Source: Candidatus Rokuibacteriota bacterium
GTDB lineage: Bacteria > Methylomirabilota > Methylomirabilia > Rokubacteriales > CSP1-6
Length of the DNA stretch: 64,000 nucleotides
Assembly: GCA_016184305.1 (NCBI GenBank)
Contig: JACPCX010000185.1
Coordinates: 16,046-80,045 of the forward strand
Direction of reading: 5' to 3'
Shown in pieces: positions 7,537-16,789 of this stretch (positions within the stretch are counted from its first letter, which is position 1; each line of letters begins with the position of its first letter). Both the position numbers and the translations under genes were made by a program. The notes beneath the pieces are model-generated. The model made no database searches. It worked only from the letters and a program-made list of their open reading frames with translations, and had not been told where the DNA came from.

Positions 7537-7668
7537 GGCGAGCCGAGGCGTGCCGCACGACGAGGCGAGCGGACATGGCAATCTCCCCGAGCGGAGCGAG
7601 GGGGCGAGCCGAGGCGTGCCGCACGACGAGGCGAGCGGAGAGGGAAATCCCCCGAGCGGAGCGAGGAG
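7537..7668 (+). repeat. Class II repeat, 2 x 66 bp tandem between pdxS and pdxT
   Basis: GGCGAGCCGAGGCGTGCCGCACGACGAGGCGAGCGGA(C/G)A(T/G)GG(C/A)AATC(T/C)CCCCGAGCGGAGCGAGG occurs twice (starts 7537 and 7603). Confidence 0.85.
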
Positions 7669-7675
7669 GCGAGAC

Positions 7676-8263
7676 GTGGACGTGACGATCGGGGTGCTCG
7701 CGCTGCAGGGTGACTTCGACCTCCACCGGCAGGTCCTCGGGCGCATCGGGGTCGCCTCGGTGGAGGTGCGCAAGCCCGAGCAGCTCGACGAGGTGTCGGG
7801 CCTCATCATGCCCGGCGGCGAGAGCACGACACTCCTCAAGCTCATGCGGGCGTGGGATTTCGTCCCGGCGCTGGAGAAGTTCCACGCGGCGGGCAAGCCG
7901 ATCTTCGGCACCTGCGCCGGGCTCATCCTCCTCGCCCGTGAAGTGGAGCACCCGTCGCAGCTCTCGCTCGGCTTCATCGACATCACGGCCGAGCGCAACG
8001 CCTACGGACGGCAGAGGGAGTCCTTCGAGACGGAGATCGAGGCCGACCTGGGCCAGGGGAAGGCGGAGATCAAGGCCATCTTCATCCGCGCCCCCAGGAT
8101 CCGGCGTCTCGGTCCCGGAGTCACGCGGCTCGCCGAATTCCGCGGCGAGTGCGTGATGGCGCGCGAGGGCACCGTTCTGGTCGCCGCGTTCCATCCCGAG
8201 CTCACGGACGATGCCTCCGCCCACCAATACTTCGCCGGGATGGTTCGCTCCGCGACGACCTGA
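7676..8263 (+). CDS. pdxT: Pyridoxal 5'-phosphate synthase glutaminase subunit PdxT
   Basis: VDVTIGVLALQGDF...MPGGESTT...FGTCAGLILL...AAFHPELT. GTG 7676 with GAGGAGG upstream. The track start at 7403 runs through pdxS and the repeat. Confidence 0.92.
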   Translation: MDVTIGVLALQGDFDLHRQVLGRIGVASVEVRKPEQLDEVSGLIMPGGESTTLLKLMRAWDFVPALEKFHAAGKPIFGTCAGLILLAREVEHPSQLSLGFIDITAERNAYGRQRESFETEIEADLGQGKAEIKAIFIRAPRIRRLGPGVTRLAEFRGECVMAREGTVLVAAFHPELTDDASAHQYFAGMVRSATT

Positions 8264-8473
8264 GCGCGTGGCGCGGGGTCCGCCCGGCCGAGCGCGGACC
8301 TCGGGTCACATTCCCGGCCAGCCATAACACCCCGTTTTTCCAACCGCAGTACCCTCTTGACAACCTTGGGGGCATCCGAGGCATAGTGTGGTCGGACCAC
8401 CCGACCAATGAACGCCCCGTACCAGACCCGCCGGAACCCCGTTCCGGCCTTGGAACCCGCCTAGGAGGCCAGC

Positions 8474-9682
8474 ATGGCGCATTTCACGTGTGAGGTCGTC
8501 TACAGGGGCATCTTCCAGAAGAACCTGGCCTCCCGCATCTGCCGCGGCATCGTCCTGTCCGCGCGCAAGGCGGGCCGCTGGGGCATCGCCTTCGGCCGCT
8601 ACGGCGACAGCCCGCAGCGCAACGGCATCCCGGCCAAGGACTTCGCCATCGTGGCGGACAGCCAGGAAGAGCTCGAGCAGAACATGGCGCGCTACGAGCC
8701 CAAGGAGGTGGACGTCACCATCTGCGTGGATGACACGCTCTCGAAGGGCGTGGAGTCCTGGGCGTGGTACGGGCTGCAGCCGATCAACCGGCTGACCCTG
8801 CCCAACGGCACGCTCCTGATGACCTCGCTCCAGCCGGCGGACGACCTCCTCAGGGACATCCACAAGAAGGACGCGCCCTATGTCTTGACGCTGCTCCGGG
8901 CCAAGGCGTCCTTCTCGGGGCTCTGGGTATACCGGGAAGACCACACCGAGGCGCGGATCCTGGGGGCGCTCTCCAGGATCAAGCCCGACTTCCTGTCCCT
9001 CGACGCCGTCTGCCAGGCCATCAAGGACGCGGAGTGGGGCTCCGATCTCAAGGTGGCCTCCGCCCGCAAGGCCCACGAGCGCCTCGAGACCCGGCCCGTC
9101 AACATCACGGAGGGCAATCCGGAAACCCCATTCTCCTTCGAGAAGCCGAAGTGGTGGGAGATGCGGGAGGGCGCGAGCATCCCGGCGATCCCGGTCGGCA
9201 AGCCCATGGAAGGCGGCAAGGGCTACATGCCGGAGCGCAATCCGTACTTCAAGAAGTTCACGACTCGCACCATGCGACCGGTGATCGATTTCGACAAGTG
9301 CGTCAAGTGCACGCTGTGCTGGCTCCAGTGCCCGGACTCCTGCTTCGACGTCACCCCTGACGACCTCTACGACGCCAACATGGAAGCCTGCTGCGGCTGC
9401 GGGGTCTGCGAGGCCGTGTGCCCGGCCAAGGAGTGCATCACCATGGTGAGCGAGGCCGCCTTCGACGACAACGCCAGCCAGTGGGAGATGTGGCGGAAGG
9501 GCAAGGACAAGTACCGGACATGGCTCACCGCGAAGGTGAGCGACAAGGCACACGTGGCGCGCTCGCACGGCTTCCGCTTCCGCGGGCAGTACGAGCAGGA
9601 GCTGAAGCAGGATCTGGACACAGGTGGCATCGCGATCACCTCGGGCATCCCCGGCGAGAACGCCGCGGCGAAGAAGGCGTAG
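8474..9682 (+). CDS. 2-oxoacid:ferredoxin oxidoreductase gamma-like/delta (2x[4Fe-4S] ferredoxin) fusion subunit
   Basis: 402 aa. Divergent gamma-type N-terminal domain, then CVKCTLCWLQCP and CCGCGVCEAVCP cluster motifs. Followed by alpha and beta subunits. Confidence 0.8.
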   Translation: MAHFTCEVVYRGIFQKNLASRICRGIVLSARKAGRWGIAFGRYGDSPQRNGIPAKDFAIVADSQEELEQNMARYEPKEVDVTICVDDTLSKGVESWAWYGLQPINRLTLPNGTLLMTSLQPADDLLRDIHKKDAPYVLTLLRAKASFSGLWVYREDHTEARILGALSRIKPDFLSLDAVCQAIKDAEWGSDLKVASARKAHERLETRPVNITEGNPETPFSFEKPKWWEMREGASIPAIPVGKPMEGGKGYMPERNPYFKKFTTRTMRPVIDFDKCVKCTLCWLQCPDSCFDVTPDDLYDANMEACCGCGVCEAVCPAKECITMVSEAAFDDNASQWEMWRKGKDKYRTWLTAKVSDKAHVARSHGFRFRGQYEQELKQDLDTGGIAITSGIPGENAAAKKA

Positions 9683-9802
9683 GGACGAGCGAAGCGAGCC
9701 GCGAGGCGCGGGCGGGCGACAGCCCGGGCGCCCGCGGCGCAGGGGACAGACGAGCGAAGCGAGCCGCGAGGCGCTGGCGGGCGACAGCCCGGGTGCCCGC
9801 GC
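9683..9802 (+). repeat. Class III repeat, about 2 x 65 bp tandem, each unit with a GC hairpin
   Basis: ACGAGCGAAGCGAGCCGCGAGGCGC(G/T)GGCGGGCGACAGCCCGGG(C/T)GCCCGCG at 9685 and 9750. Hairpin is GCGGGCG-N10-CGCCCGC. Confidence 0.85.
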
Positions 9803-9823
9803 CATGGTGACAAGGAGACCACG

Positions 9824-10988
9824 ATGGCTGTCGAGACCAAGACGATCGCAGCGGCACCCGGCGACACGGAGATGCTCATCTCCGGGAGCGAGGCCTGCGC
9901 GGAGGCGCTGGCGCTGGCGGACATCGACGTCGTCACTGCCTATCCCATCCGCCCGTATGACACGGTCATGCAGGCCATCGCCAAGAAGATCGCCAACGGC
10001 AAGCTCGTGGCCGAGTACATCGTGGCCGAGGGCGAGCACAGCCAGTTCGAGATCGTCCATGGAGTGCCTGACGGTCACCCCGCCGCTCCGCGTGCCCATG
10101 GTCGCCATGGTGGGCAACCGCGCCCTGGACGATCCAGGCGCCTTCGGCGTCGAGCACAACGACGCCCTCGTGGTGCGCGACCTCGGGTGGATGCTCATCT
10201 GGGTGGATACGGCCCAGGAGATGCTCGACACGGCGCTCCTGGCCTATCGGATCGCCGAGGACCGGCGGGTGTTCCTGCCCATCGCCATCTCGGCCGATGG
10301 CGCCTTCCTCACGCATTCCCAGGCGCTCGTCCAGGTGCCCACCAAGGCCAAGGTGGACCGCTTCCTGCCGAAGTACGACCGGGGCGACCTGCAGCTTCAT
10401 CCGGACAACCCCATCACCGTGGCGCCGCAGGCCAACGAGGACTGGGTCATCGAGATCCGACGGCAGAACAACGAGGCCATGACCCGCGCCTATACCGTCA
10501 TCGAGGAGGCCTACGCCGACTTCCGGAAGGTCTTCGGCCGCGGCCCCGCCGACCCCTGGTTCGAGGAGTACATGACGGCGGACGCCGAGGTCATCCTGAT
10601 GGGCATGGGGACCATCTCGCTGCCCTTGAAGGTCGGGATCCGCAACATGCGGGCGCAAGGCAAGAAGGTGGGGCTGATCCGGCCGCGGTGGTTCCGGCCC
10701 TTCCCCACGGAGAAGATGGCGGCGGCGCTGTCGCGGGCCGGCGCCATCGGGGTCATCGATCGCGATTACTCGTTCGGCTCGCCCTTCGGCTCGGGCGTGG
10801 TCGCCAACGAGATCCGGGCCGCCCTCTACAACGCCGACAAACGGCCGCCGCTCCTCTCCTTCATCGGGGGGCTCGGCGGGCGGGAGGTCACGCTCGAGGA
10901 CGTCTACAAGACCGCGGACATGTGCTTCGCCGCCGCCACGGCCGGCAAGTCCGACCTCAAGACCCACTGGCTCGGCGTGCGCGAGTAA
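9824..10988 (+). pseudogene. 2-oxoacid:ferredoxin oxidoreductase alpha subunit, disrupted by an out-of-frame internal deletion near 10056..10066
   Basis: First 78 aa (MAVETKT...AEGEHSQFEIV) are in the frame of 9824. The rest (MECLTVTPPLRVPMVAMVGNRALD...THWLGVRE) is in the frame of track ORF 9624..10988. About 20 aa of the conserved GA..AGAR..TATS..G block are missing. Confidence 0.7.
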
Positions 10989-11000
10989 GGAGGCCTATCC

Positions 11001-12020
11001 ATGGCTGAGGTGTTCACCAACGCGACGCAGGTCCTGCAGGGCTTCAAGGGCGTGAAGAAGGTGTCCGTGGAGGAGTATTTCACTTCCGGGCACCGCACCT
11101 GCCAGGGGTGCGAGTCCGCCCTGGTCATGCGGCTGATGATCAAGGCGGCGGGGCCGCGGACCATCGTGCTCGGCGCCACGGGCTGCATGTACGTGGCGAA
11201 CACCACCTACTACACGACGCCCTGGGTGGTGCCGTGGATGCACACCCAGCTCGGCTCGTCGGGCTCGGCGGCGTTGGGCACCGCCGCCGGCCTGAAGGCG
11301 CTGATGAAGAAGGGGAGAATGAAGGCCGAGCCGATCAACGTCATCGCCTTCTGCGGCGACGGCGGCGGAGCCGACATGGGGCTCGGCGCCATCTCGGCGA
11401 CGCTCACGCACAAGGAGTACAACTGCCTGATCCTCCTCTACGACAACGAGTCCTACGCCAACACGGACATCCAGGCCTCGGGCTCGACGCCCTACGGGGC
11501 CAACACCACCTTCAGCCCCCCTGGCTCGGTGAAGCGCATCATGCACAACCGCTGGAAGAAGAACACCGCCGGCATGCTCGCAGCGGGCCACCCGGAGTGC
11601 CGGTACGTGGCGACGGTGGACGCCTCCTACGCCGTGGACATGATGAACAAGGTGCGGCGGGCGCTGTCCATCGGCGGGCCCACCTTCATCCACTCCTTCG
11701 ATCCGTGCCCGAAGGGGTGGGACTTCGACCCGATGCTCTCGCACGAGCTCGGCGAGCTGGCCGTGGAGACGGGCATCTTCCCGCTCTACGAGGTCGAGGA
11801 CGGCGTGGTGCGCCACTACGGTAAGACCAAGGCCATCGCCGAGGGGCGCCCGCGGAAGCCGGTGCGCGAGTACCTGCTCAAGCAGGGGCGCTTCGCCCAC
11901 TTCACCGAGGAGGACCTGGACTACTTCCAGGCGAAGGTTGACGAGATGTGGGAAAAGTGGGAGATTCCCGGCGTGATCCCGTTCTGGAGGGAGAAGAGAC
12001 CGGCAGTGCCGATGCCCTAG
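11001..12020 (+). CDS. 2-oxoacid:ferredoxin oxidoreductase beta (TPP-binding) subunit
   Basis: 339 aa. ...SGHRTCQGCE..., TPP motif ...FCGDGGGADMGLG...YDNESYANT... Confidence 0.9.
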   Translation: MAEVFTNATQVLQGFKGVKKVSVEEYFTSGHRTCQGCESALVMRLMIKAAGPRTIVLGATGCMYVANTTYYTTPWVVPWMHTQLGSSGSAALGTAAGLKALMKKGRMKAEPINVIAFCGDGGGADMGLGAISATLTHKEYNCLILLYDNESYANTDIQASGSTPYGANTTFSPPGSVKRIMHNRWKKNTAGMLAAGHPECRYVATVDASYAVDMMNKVRRALSIGGPTFIHSFDPCPKGWDFDPMLSHELGELAVETGIFPLYEVEDGVVRHYGKTKAIAEGRPRKPVREYLLKQGRFAHFTEEDLDYFQAKVDEMWEKWEIPGVIPFWREKRPAVPMP

Positions 12021-12189
12021 GTCGATCCGTCAGGACCATCCGCAGGGTCGGGCGCCCGGATCCCCCGGAGCCCGGCCCTGCCGCCGTACGCAGCACAAGC
12101 CCCGTCGCCCACCCCCCCGTCCCGCCGTGCCCGACCTCGGTCGGGGACCTGGCCTTCAACCCGTAGCGCGACAGCGAGGAGGATCCGGC

Positions 12190-13176
12190 ATGAGACCGAC
12201 ACGGGGACACCTGGCATGGCTGATCACCGCCCTCACCCTGTGGGCGCTGCTGCCTCCGGCGGCCCACGCCGCCTGGGAGCCCACCAAGCCCATCGAGCTC
12301 GTCATCCCCGCCGGCACCGGCGGCGGTGCGGACCAGATGGCCCGGCTCATCGCGGGGATCGCCGAGAAGCACAAACTCTCTCCGCGGCCCATCATCGTGG
12401 TCAACAAGTCCGGGGGCGCCGGCGCCGAGGGGTTCCTGCACGTCAAGGGCAAGAAGGGTGACGCCCACACGATCATCATCACCCTGTCGAACCTGTTCAC
12501 GACGCCGCTTCACACCGGTGTGCCGTTCAGCTGGAAGGACCTCACACCCGTGAGCCGCATGGCGCTCGACCAGTTCATCCTGTGGGTGAACGCCGAGACG
12601 CCCTACAAGACCGCCAAGGAGTACCTCGCGGCGGTGAAGGAGAAGGGCGGCACCATGAAGATGGGCGGGACCGGCTCGGCCCAGGAGGACCAGATCATCA
12701 CCATCCTCCTCGAGCAGTCGCAGGGGGTGAAGTTCATCTACGTTCCCTTCAAGGGCGGCGGCGAGGTCTGCGTGAATCTCGTGGGCAAGCACGTGGACTC
12801 GACGCTGAACAACCCCATCGAGTGCGTGAGCCACTGGAAGGCGGAGAGGGTTCGACCCCTGGCGGTGTTCGACACCGCGCGCATCCCCGACGCCGACTGG
12901 AAGGAGATCCCGACGGTCAAGGACGCTCTCGGCGCCGACATCAACTACCTGATGCTGCGCGGGATTTTCGGCGCTCCGGACATGCCGAAGGAGGCCGTGG
13001 AGTGGTACCAGGGCTTCCTCCGGAAGGTCTATGACTCGGTGGAGTTCAAGGACTACCTGTCGAAGGGCGCGCTCAAGCCCTCATGGCTCACCGGCCCCGA
13101 CTACGTCAAGTGGCTCGAGGGGGCCGAGCAGCTCCACAAGGACCTCATGACCAAGGGCGGGCTCCTGAAGAAGTAG
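12190..13176 (+). CDS. tctC: Tripartite tricarboxylate transporter substrate-binding protein (Bug/TctC family)
   Basis: Signal peptide MRPTRGHLAWLITALTLWALLPPAAHA, then a TctC-like body. ATG 12190 with GAGGAGGA upstream. Followed by tctB and tctA. Confidence 0.88.
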   Translation: MRPTRGHLAWLITALTLWALLPPAAHAAWEPTKPIELVIPAGTGGGADQMARLIAGIAEKHKLSPRPIIVVNKSGGAGAEGFLHVKGKKGDAHTIIITLSNLFTTPLHTGVPFSWKDLTPVSRMALDQFILWVNAETPYKTAKEYLAAVKEKGGTMKMGGTGSAQEDQIITILLEQSQGVKFIYVPFKGGGEVCVNLVGKHVDSTLNNPIECVSHWKAERVRPLAVFDTARIPDADWKEIPTVKDALGADINYLMLRGIFGAPDMPKEAVEWYQGFLRKVYDSVEFKDYLSKGALKPSWLTGPDYVKWLEGAEQLHKDLMTKGGLLKK

Positions 13177-13215
13177 GCGGGCCGGGCGCGCGAGCGTCCG
13201 GTACCCCACAGCCCG

Positions 13216-13677
13216 ATGCGTATCGCCAACCTGATCACCGCGGCGATCCTCGCCGCGGCGGGCGCGCTCGTCCTGGTGGACGCCGTGCGCCTGGGGACCG
13301 GTTGGGGGACGGACGGGCCTCAGAGCGGCTTCTTTCCGTTCTGGCTCGCCGTCCTCCTGATCGGGTGTTGCCTGGCCATCGCGGCCCAGGCAGTCAGGCT
13401 CACCCTGCCCGTACCCTTCGTGACGCGCAAGGCGCTGGGCCCGGTGCTCGCGGTACTGGGCCCGGCGGCCGGTTTCGTCGTGCTCACCCAGGCCATCGGC
13501 CTCTACGTGGCCTCGGCGCTCTACATGGGCTTCTACATGCGGTGGATCGGCCGGCACTCATGGACAGCCGTCGTGGCGCTCGCCATCGGGTTCCCCGTGA
13601 TCACGTTCCTCGTCTTCGAGAAGTGGTTCCTCGTGCCCATGCCCAAGGGCCCGCTCGAGACCTGGCTGGGGTACTGA
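13216..13677 (+). CDS. tctB: Tripartite tricarboxylate transporter small membrane subunit TctB
   Basis: 153-aa hydrophobic four-helix protein between tctC and tctA. Confidence 0.85.
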   Translation: MRIANLITAAILAAAGALVLVDAVRLGTGWGTDGPQSGFFPFWLAVLLIGCCLAIAAQAVRLTLPVPFVTRKALGPVLAVLGPAAGFVVLTQAIGLYVASALYMGFYMRWIGRHSWTAVVALAIGFPVITFLVFEKWFLVPMPKGPLETWLGY

Positions 13678-13680
13678 CGC

Positions 13681-15198
13681 ATGGGCTTCGAGAACCTCCT
13701 GCTCGGCTTCCAGGTGGCCCTGCAACCCTACAACCTGATGGTGGCGGTGGTCGGCATCGCGCTCGGCACCGTGATCGGTGTGCTCCCCGGTCTCGGCGGG
13801 GCCAACGGGGTCGCCATCCTGCTGCCGCTGACCTTCACCATGCCCCCGACGTCCGCCATCATCCTGCTGACGAGCCTGTACTGGGGCGCGCTGTTCGGCG
13901 GCGCCATCACCTCCATTCTCTTCAACATCCCGGGCGAGCCCTGGTCCGTGGCCACCACCTTCGACGGCTTCCCCATGGCCCGGCGCGGGGAAGGGGGACA
14001 GGCGCTGACCGCGGCCTTCACGTCGTCCTTCGTCGGCGCGCTCTTCTCCGTGGTCCTCATCACCCTCTTCGCGCCGCTCCTGGCGGAGGTGGCCCTCAAG
14101 TTCGGGCCCCCCGAGTTCTTCGCCATCCAGCTCCTGACCTTCTCGGCGTTCATCGGCCTGGGGGGCGGCAACCCCATCAAGTCCCTCGTCTCCATCCTCC
14201 TCGGCTTCATCCTGGCTTCCGTCGGCCTCGACATCGTCACCGGCGCGCTGCGCCTCACGTTCGGGGTCACGGAGCTCATGAAGGGCTTCGACTTCATCGT
14301 GGCCGTCATCGGGCTGTTCGGGATCGGCGAGATCCTGCTCACCATGGAAGAGGGCCTCTCCTTCAAGGGCGCGAGCGCCCGGATCAACCCGCGCGTGGTG
14401 TGGGAGACCTGGAAAACGCTGCCGCGCTACTGGCGCACGTTCGTCCGCGGCTCCATGATCGGGTTCTGGATGGGCTTCAAGCCCGGCGGCGCCACCCCGG
14501 CCTCGTTCATGAGTTACGCCTTTGCCAAGCGCTTCTCCCGGCACCCCGAGCGCTTCGGCAAGGGCGAGATCGAGGGCGTGGTGGCGCCGGAGACGGCGGC
14601 GCACGCGGCCGGCGTCGCCGCGATCCTGCCCATGATCACGCTCGGCATCCCCGGCTCGCCCACGGCAGCGGTCATGCTCGGCGGGCTCATCATCTGGGGC
14701 CTCCAGCCGGGCCCCATGCTGTTCAAGGAGAGCCCCGACTTCGTCTGGGGTCTCATCGCCAGCATGTACACCGGCAACGTCATCGGCATTGTGATGGTGC
14801 TGCTGTTCGTGCCGTTCTTCGCGGCGATCCTGCGCATCCCCTTCGCGATCCTGACTCCACTCATCGTCGCCGTGTGCGCCGTCGGGGCCTACTCCGTGCA
14901 CGGCAGCATGATCGACATCTGGTATATGCTGGTGTTCGGCGTGATCGGCTACGTGTTCAAGAAGCTCGACTACCCGCTGGCTCCGCTGGTGCTCGCCCTC
15001 GTGCTGGGAGACCTGGCCGAGAACGCGCTCCGGCAGAGCCTCATCATGTCGCAGGGATCGCTGCTCATCTTCCTGAACCGGCCCATCTCTGGCGCCATCA
15101 CGGCGGTGGCGCTGTTCTTCTTCGCGCTGCCGCTGATCACGCCCTACTGGCGCCGCCTCCGCGGCCGCGCGGTCGCGCCGGCTCCCAGCGGCCACTGA
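13681..15198 (+). CDS. tctA: Tripartite tricarboxylate transporter large permease TctA
   Basis: 505-aa polytopic membrane protein with the typical TctA N-terminus (...LQPYNLMVAVVGIALGTVIGVLPGLGG...). Confidence 0.9.
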   Translation: MGFENLLLGFQVALQPYNLMVAVVGIALGTVIGVLPGLGGANGVAILLPLTFTMPPTSAIILLTSLYWGALFGGAITSILFNIPGEPWSVATTFDGFPMARRGEGGQALTAAFTSSFVGALFSVVLITLFAPLLAEVALKFGPPEFFAIQLLTFSAFIGLGGGNPIKSLVSILLGFILASVGLDIVTGALRLTFGVTELMKGFDFIVAVIGLFGIGEILLTMEEGLSFKGASARINPRVVWETWKTLPRYWRTFVRGSMIGFWMGFKPGGATPASFMSYAFAKRFSRHPERFGKGEIEGVVAPETAAHAAGVAAILPMITLGIPGSPTAAVMLGGLIIWGLQPGPMLFKESPDFVWGLIASMYTGNVIGIVMVLLFVPFFAAILRIPFAILTPLIVAVCAVGAYSVHGSMIDIWYMLVFGVIGYVFKKLDYPLAPLVLALVLGDLAENALRQSLIMSQGSLLIFLNRPISGAITAVALFFFALPLITPYWRRLRGRAVAPAPSGH

Positions 15199-15220
15199 TG
15201 CCGGATCACCCGGGGGACCC

Positions 15221-15916
15221 GTGAGCGTCGATTTCATCGTCGGTGTCCTGAAGATCGTCCTGATCGATCTGGCCCTGGCGGGCGACAACGCGCTCGTCAT
15301 CGCGCTGGCCGTCCGCACCCTGCCGAAGCGGCAGCAGCTCCAGGGGCGGATCTGGGGGGCGGCGGGGGCCGTGGGCCTGCGCCTGATCTTCATCACGATC
15401 ATCACGTATCTGCTCCGCATCCCCCTGCTGCAAGTCGTCGGCGGGCTCGCGCTCGTCTGGATCGCCATCAAGCTCGTGCGCCAGTCGGATGGGAGCGGCG
15501 GGGAGGGGCATGTCCGGCACGGCACGACGCTGATCGAGGCCATCTGGATCATCATCGTGGCCGACGTGGTGATGAGTCTCGACAACGTCATCGGCGTCGC
15601 GGGCGCCGCCGGAGGGAATCTGACGCTGGTGGTCTTCGGAATCGGGCTCTCCATCCCCATCGTGGTCTGGGGGAGCGGGGTCCTGGCGACCCTCATGAAC
15701 CGGTATGCGTGGATCATCCTGATCGCGGGGGGGATCCTGGGCGAGGTGGCCGGGAAGATGATCGTCCACGACGAGTTCGTGGTGCGGCGTGTCGGAGGTG
15801 TCCCGGAGCCCGTCGAGTGGGCGCTGCGCCTGGTGCTGGCGGGCGGGATCATGCTCATCGGGTGGATCGCGGCCCGGCGCCGGGCCGTGGCTCCTGACGC
15901 GGGGGCGGCGGGGTGA
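15221..15916 (+). CDS. TerC/YjbE family integral membrane protein
   Basis: 231 aa. Duplicated motifs ...DLALAGDNALVIALA... and ...MSLDNVIGVAGAA... Confidence 0.85.
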   Translation: MSVDFIVGVLKIVLIDLALAGDNALVIALAVRTLPKRQQLQGRIWGAAGAVGLRLIFITIITYLLRIPLLQVVGGLALVWIAIKLVRQSDGSGGEGHVRHGTTLIEAIWIIIVADVVMSLDNVIGVAGAAGGNLTLVVFGIGLSIPIVVWGSGVLATLMNRYAWIILIAGGILGEVAGKMIVHDEFVVRRVGGVPEPVEWALRLVLAGGIMLIGWIAARRRAVAPDAGAAG

Positions 15917-16692
15917 CTGGCGCCGGACGGCCCGCCGACTGGCCCGGCGTCGAGCCCATCAAGTCCGCGCGGATCTACGAGGAGATCGTCCGCCAGGTCA
16001 AGCAGCTCATCGCCGCGGGGAAGCTCAAGTCCGGGGACCGGCTGCCCCCGGAGCGCGACCTCGCCGAGAAGTTCGTGGTGAGCCGCACCTCGGTGCGGGA
16101 GGCCCTCAGGGCGCTCGAGAGCCGGGGCCTCATCGAGATCCGCGCCGGGGACGGCGCCTTCGTCCGGGACATCTCGGTGGAAACCCTCATCGAGCCCCTG
16201 GCTCTCGTGATCCTGCCGCACCGGGAGGCGGTGGGGGAGCTCTTCGAGGCTCGTCGCCTGCTGGAGCCGGCCATCGCGACGCTGGCCGCGCGCCGCGCCA
16301 CCCTCGCGGAGATCGCCGAGATGGAGCGAATCCTGGACGCCCAGGGGAAGGAGGTGGCCGAGGGGCGCACTGGCGTCGCCCAGGACGCGGCCTTCCACGC
16401 CGCGCTGGCCGGCAGCGCCCACAACCGCGCCATCAGCCGGATCGTCAACGCCCTCATGGATCTGCTGACCCAGAGCCGCGAGGAGTCACTGCAGGCGCCA
16501 GGGCGCCCGGCCCGCTCCCATCAGGATCACCTGCGAATCCTGGAGGCGATCCGGCGCCGGGACGAGATGGCCGCCCATCGGACCGTGCTGGACCACCTCA
16601 TCGCGGTCGAGGGCCTGGTCATGGAAGCGCAAGGCGCCGTCGCGCGGGCGGGCGACGAGCCCAGCCCCGGGAGGAAAACACCCGCGCGCTGA
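15913..16692 (+). CDS. GntR family transcriptional regulator, FadR subfamily (FCD domain)
   Basis: wHTH ...LPPERDLAEKFVVSRTSVREALRALESRGLIEIR... plus a C-terminal FCD-type helical domain. GTG start overlaps the TerC stop. Confidence 0.88.
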   Translation: MTGAGRPADWPGVEPIKSARIYEEIVRQVKQLIAAGKLKSGDRLPPERDLAEKFVVSRTSVREALRALESRGLIEIRAGDGAFVRDISVETLIEPLALVILPHREAVGELFEARRLLEPAIATLAARRATLAEIAEMERILDAQGKEVAEGRTGVAQDAAFHAALAGSAHNRAISRIVNALMDLLTQSREESLQAPGRPARSHQDHLRILEAIRRRDEMAAHRTVLDHLIAVEGLVMEAQGAVARAGDEPSPGRKTPAR

Positions 16693-16735
16693 CCCCGCCA
16701 AGCCCCTGTAAGTGCCTGTAGCGGAAGAATAATCG

Positions 16736-16764
16736 TTGACATCCCCACTCCCCTCCCTTAGCAT
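16736..16764 (+). promoter_or_regulatory. Candidate sigma-70 promoter (TTGACA-17 nt-TAGCAT) upstream of ppdK
   Basis: TTGACA at 16736..16741, 17-nt spacer, TAGCAT at 16759..16764. AT-rich GAAGAATAATCG just upstream. Confidence 0.45.
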
Positions 16765-16789
16765 TGACCTTTGCCATCGGAGTCGGGTT

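Noticed and set aside
9824-11008. Reading the alpha-subunit gene as one 394-aa protein in the 9824 frame
   Set aside because: After about residue 78 this frame becomes Arg/Gly/Pro/His-rich nonsense, while another frame carries clear alpha-subunit sequence. I therefore called a frameshift/deletion rather than an intact ORF.
13558-16422. 954-aa minus-strand ORF
   Set aside because: It is antisense to well-supported tctA, TerC and GntR genes. The translation is low-complexity and rich in Arg/Gly/Pro/His/Glu/Asp. This is a typical shadow ORF in GC-rich DNA.
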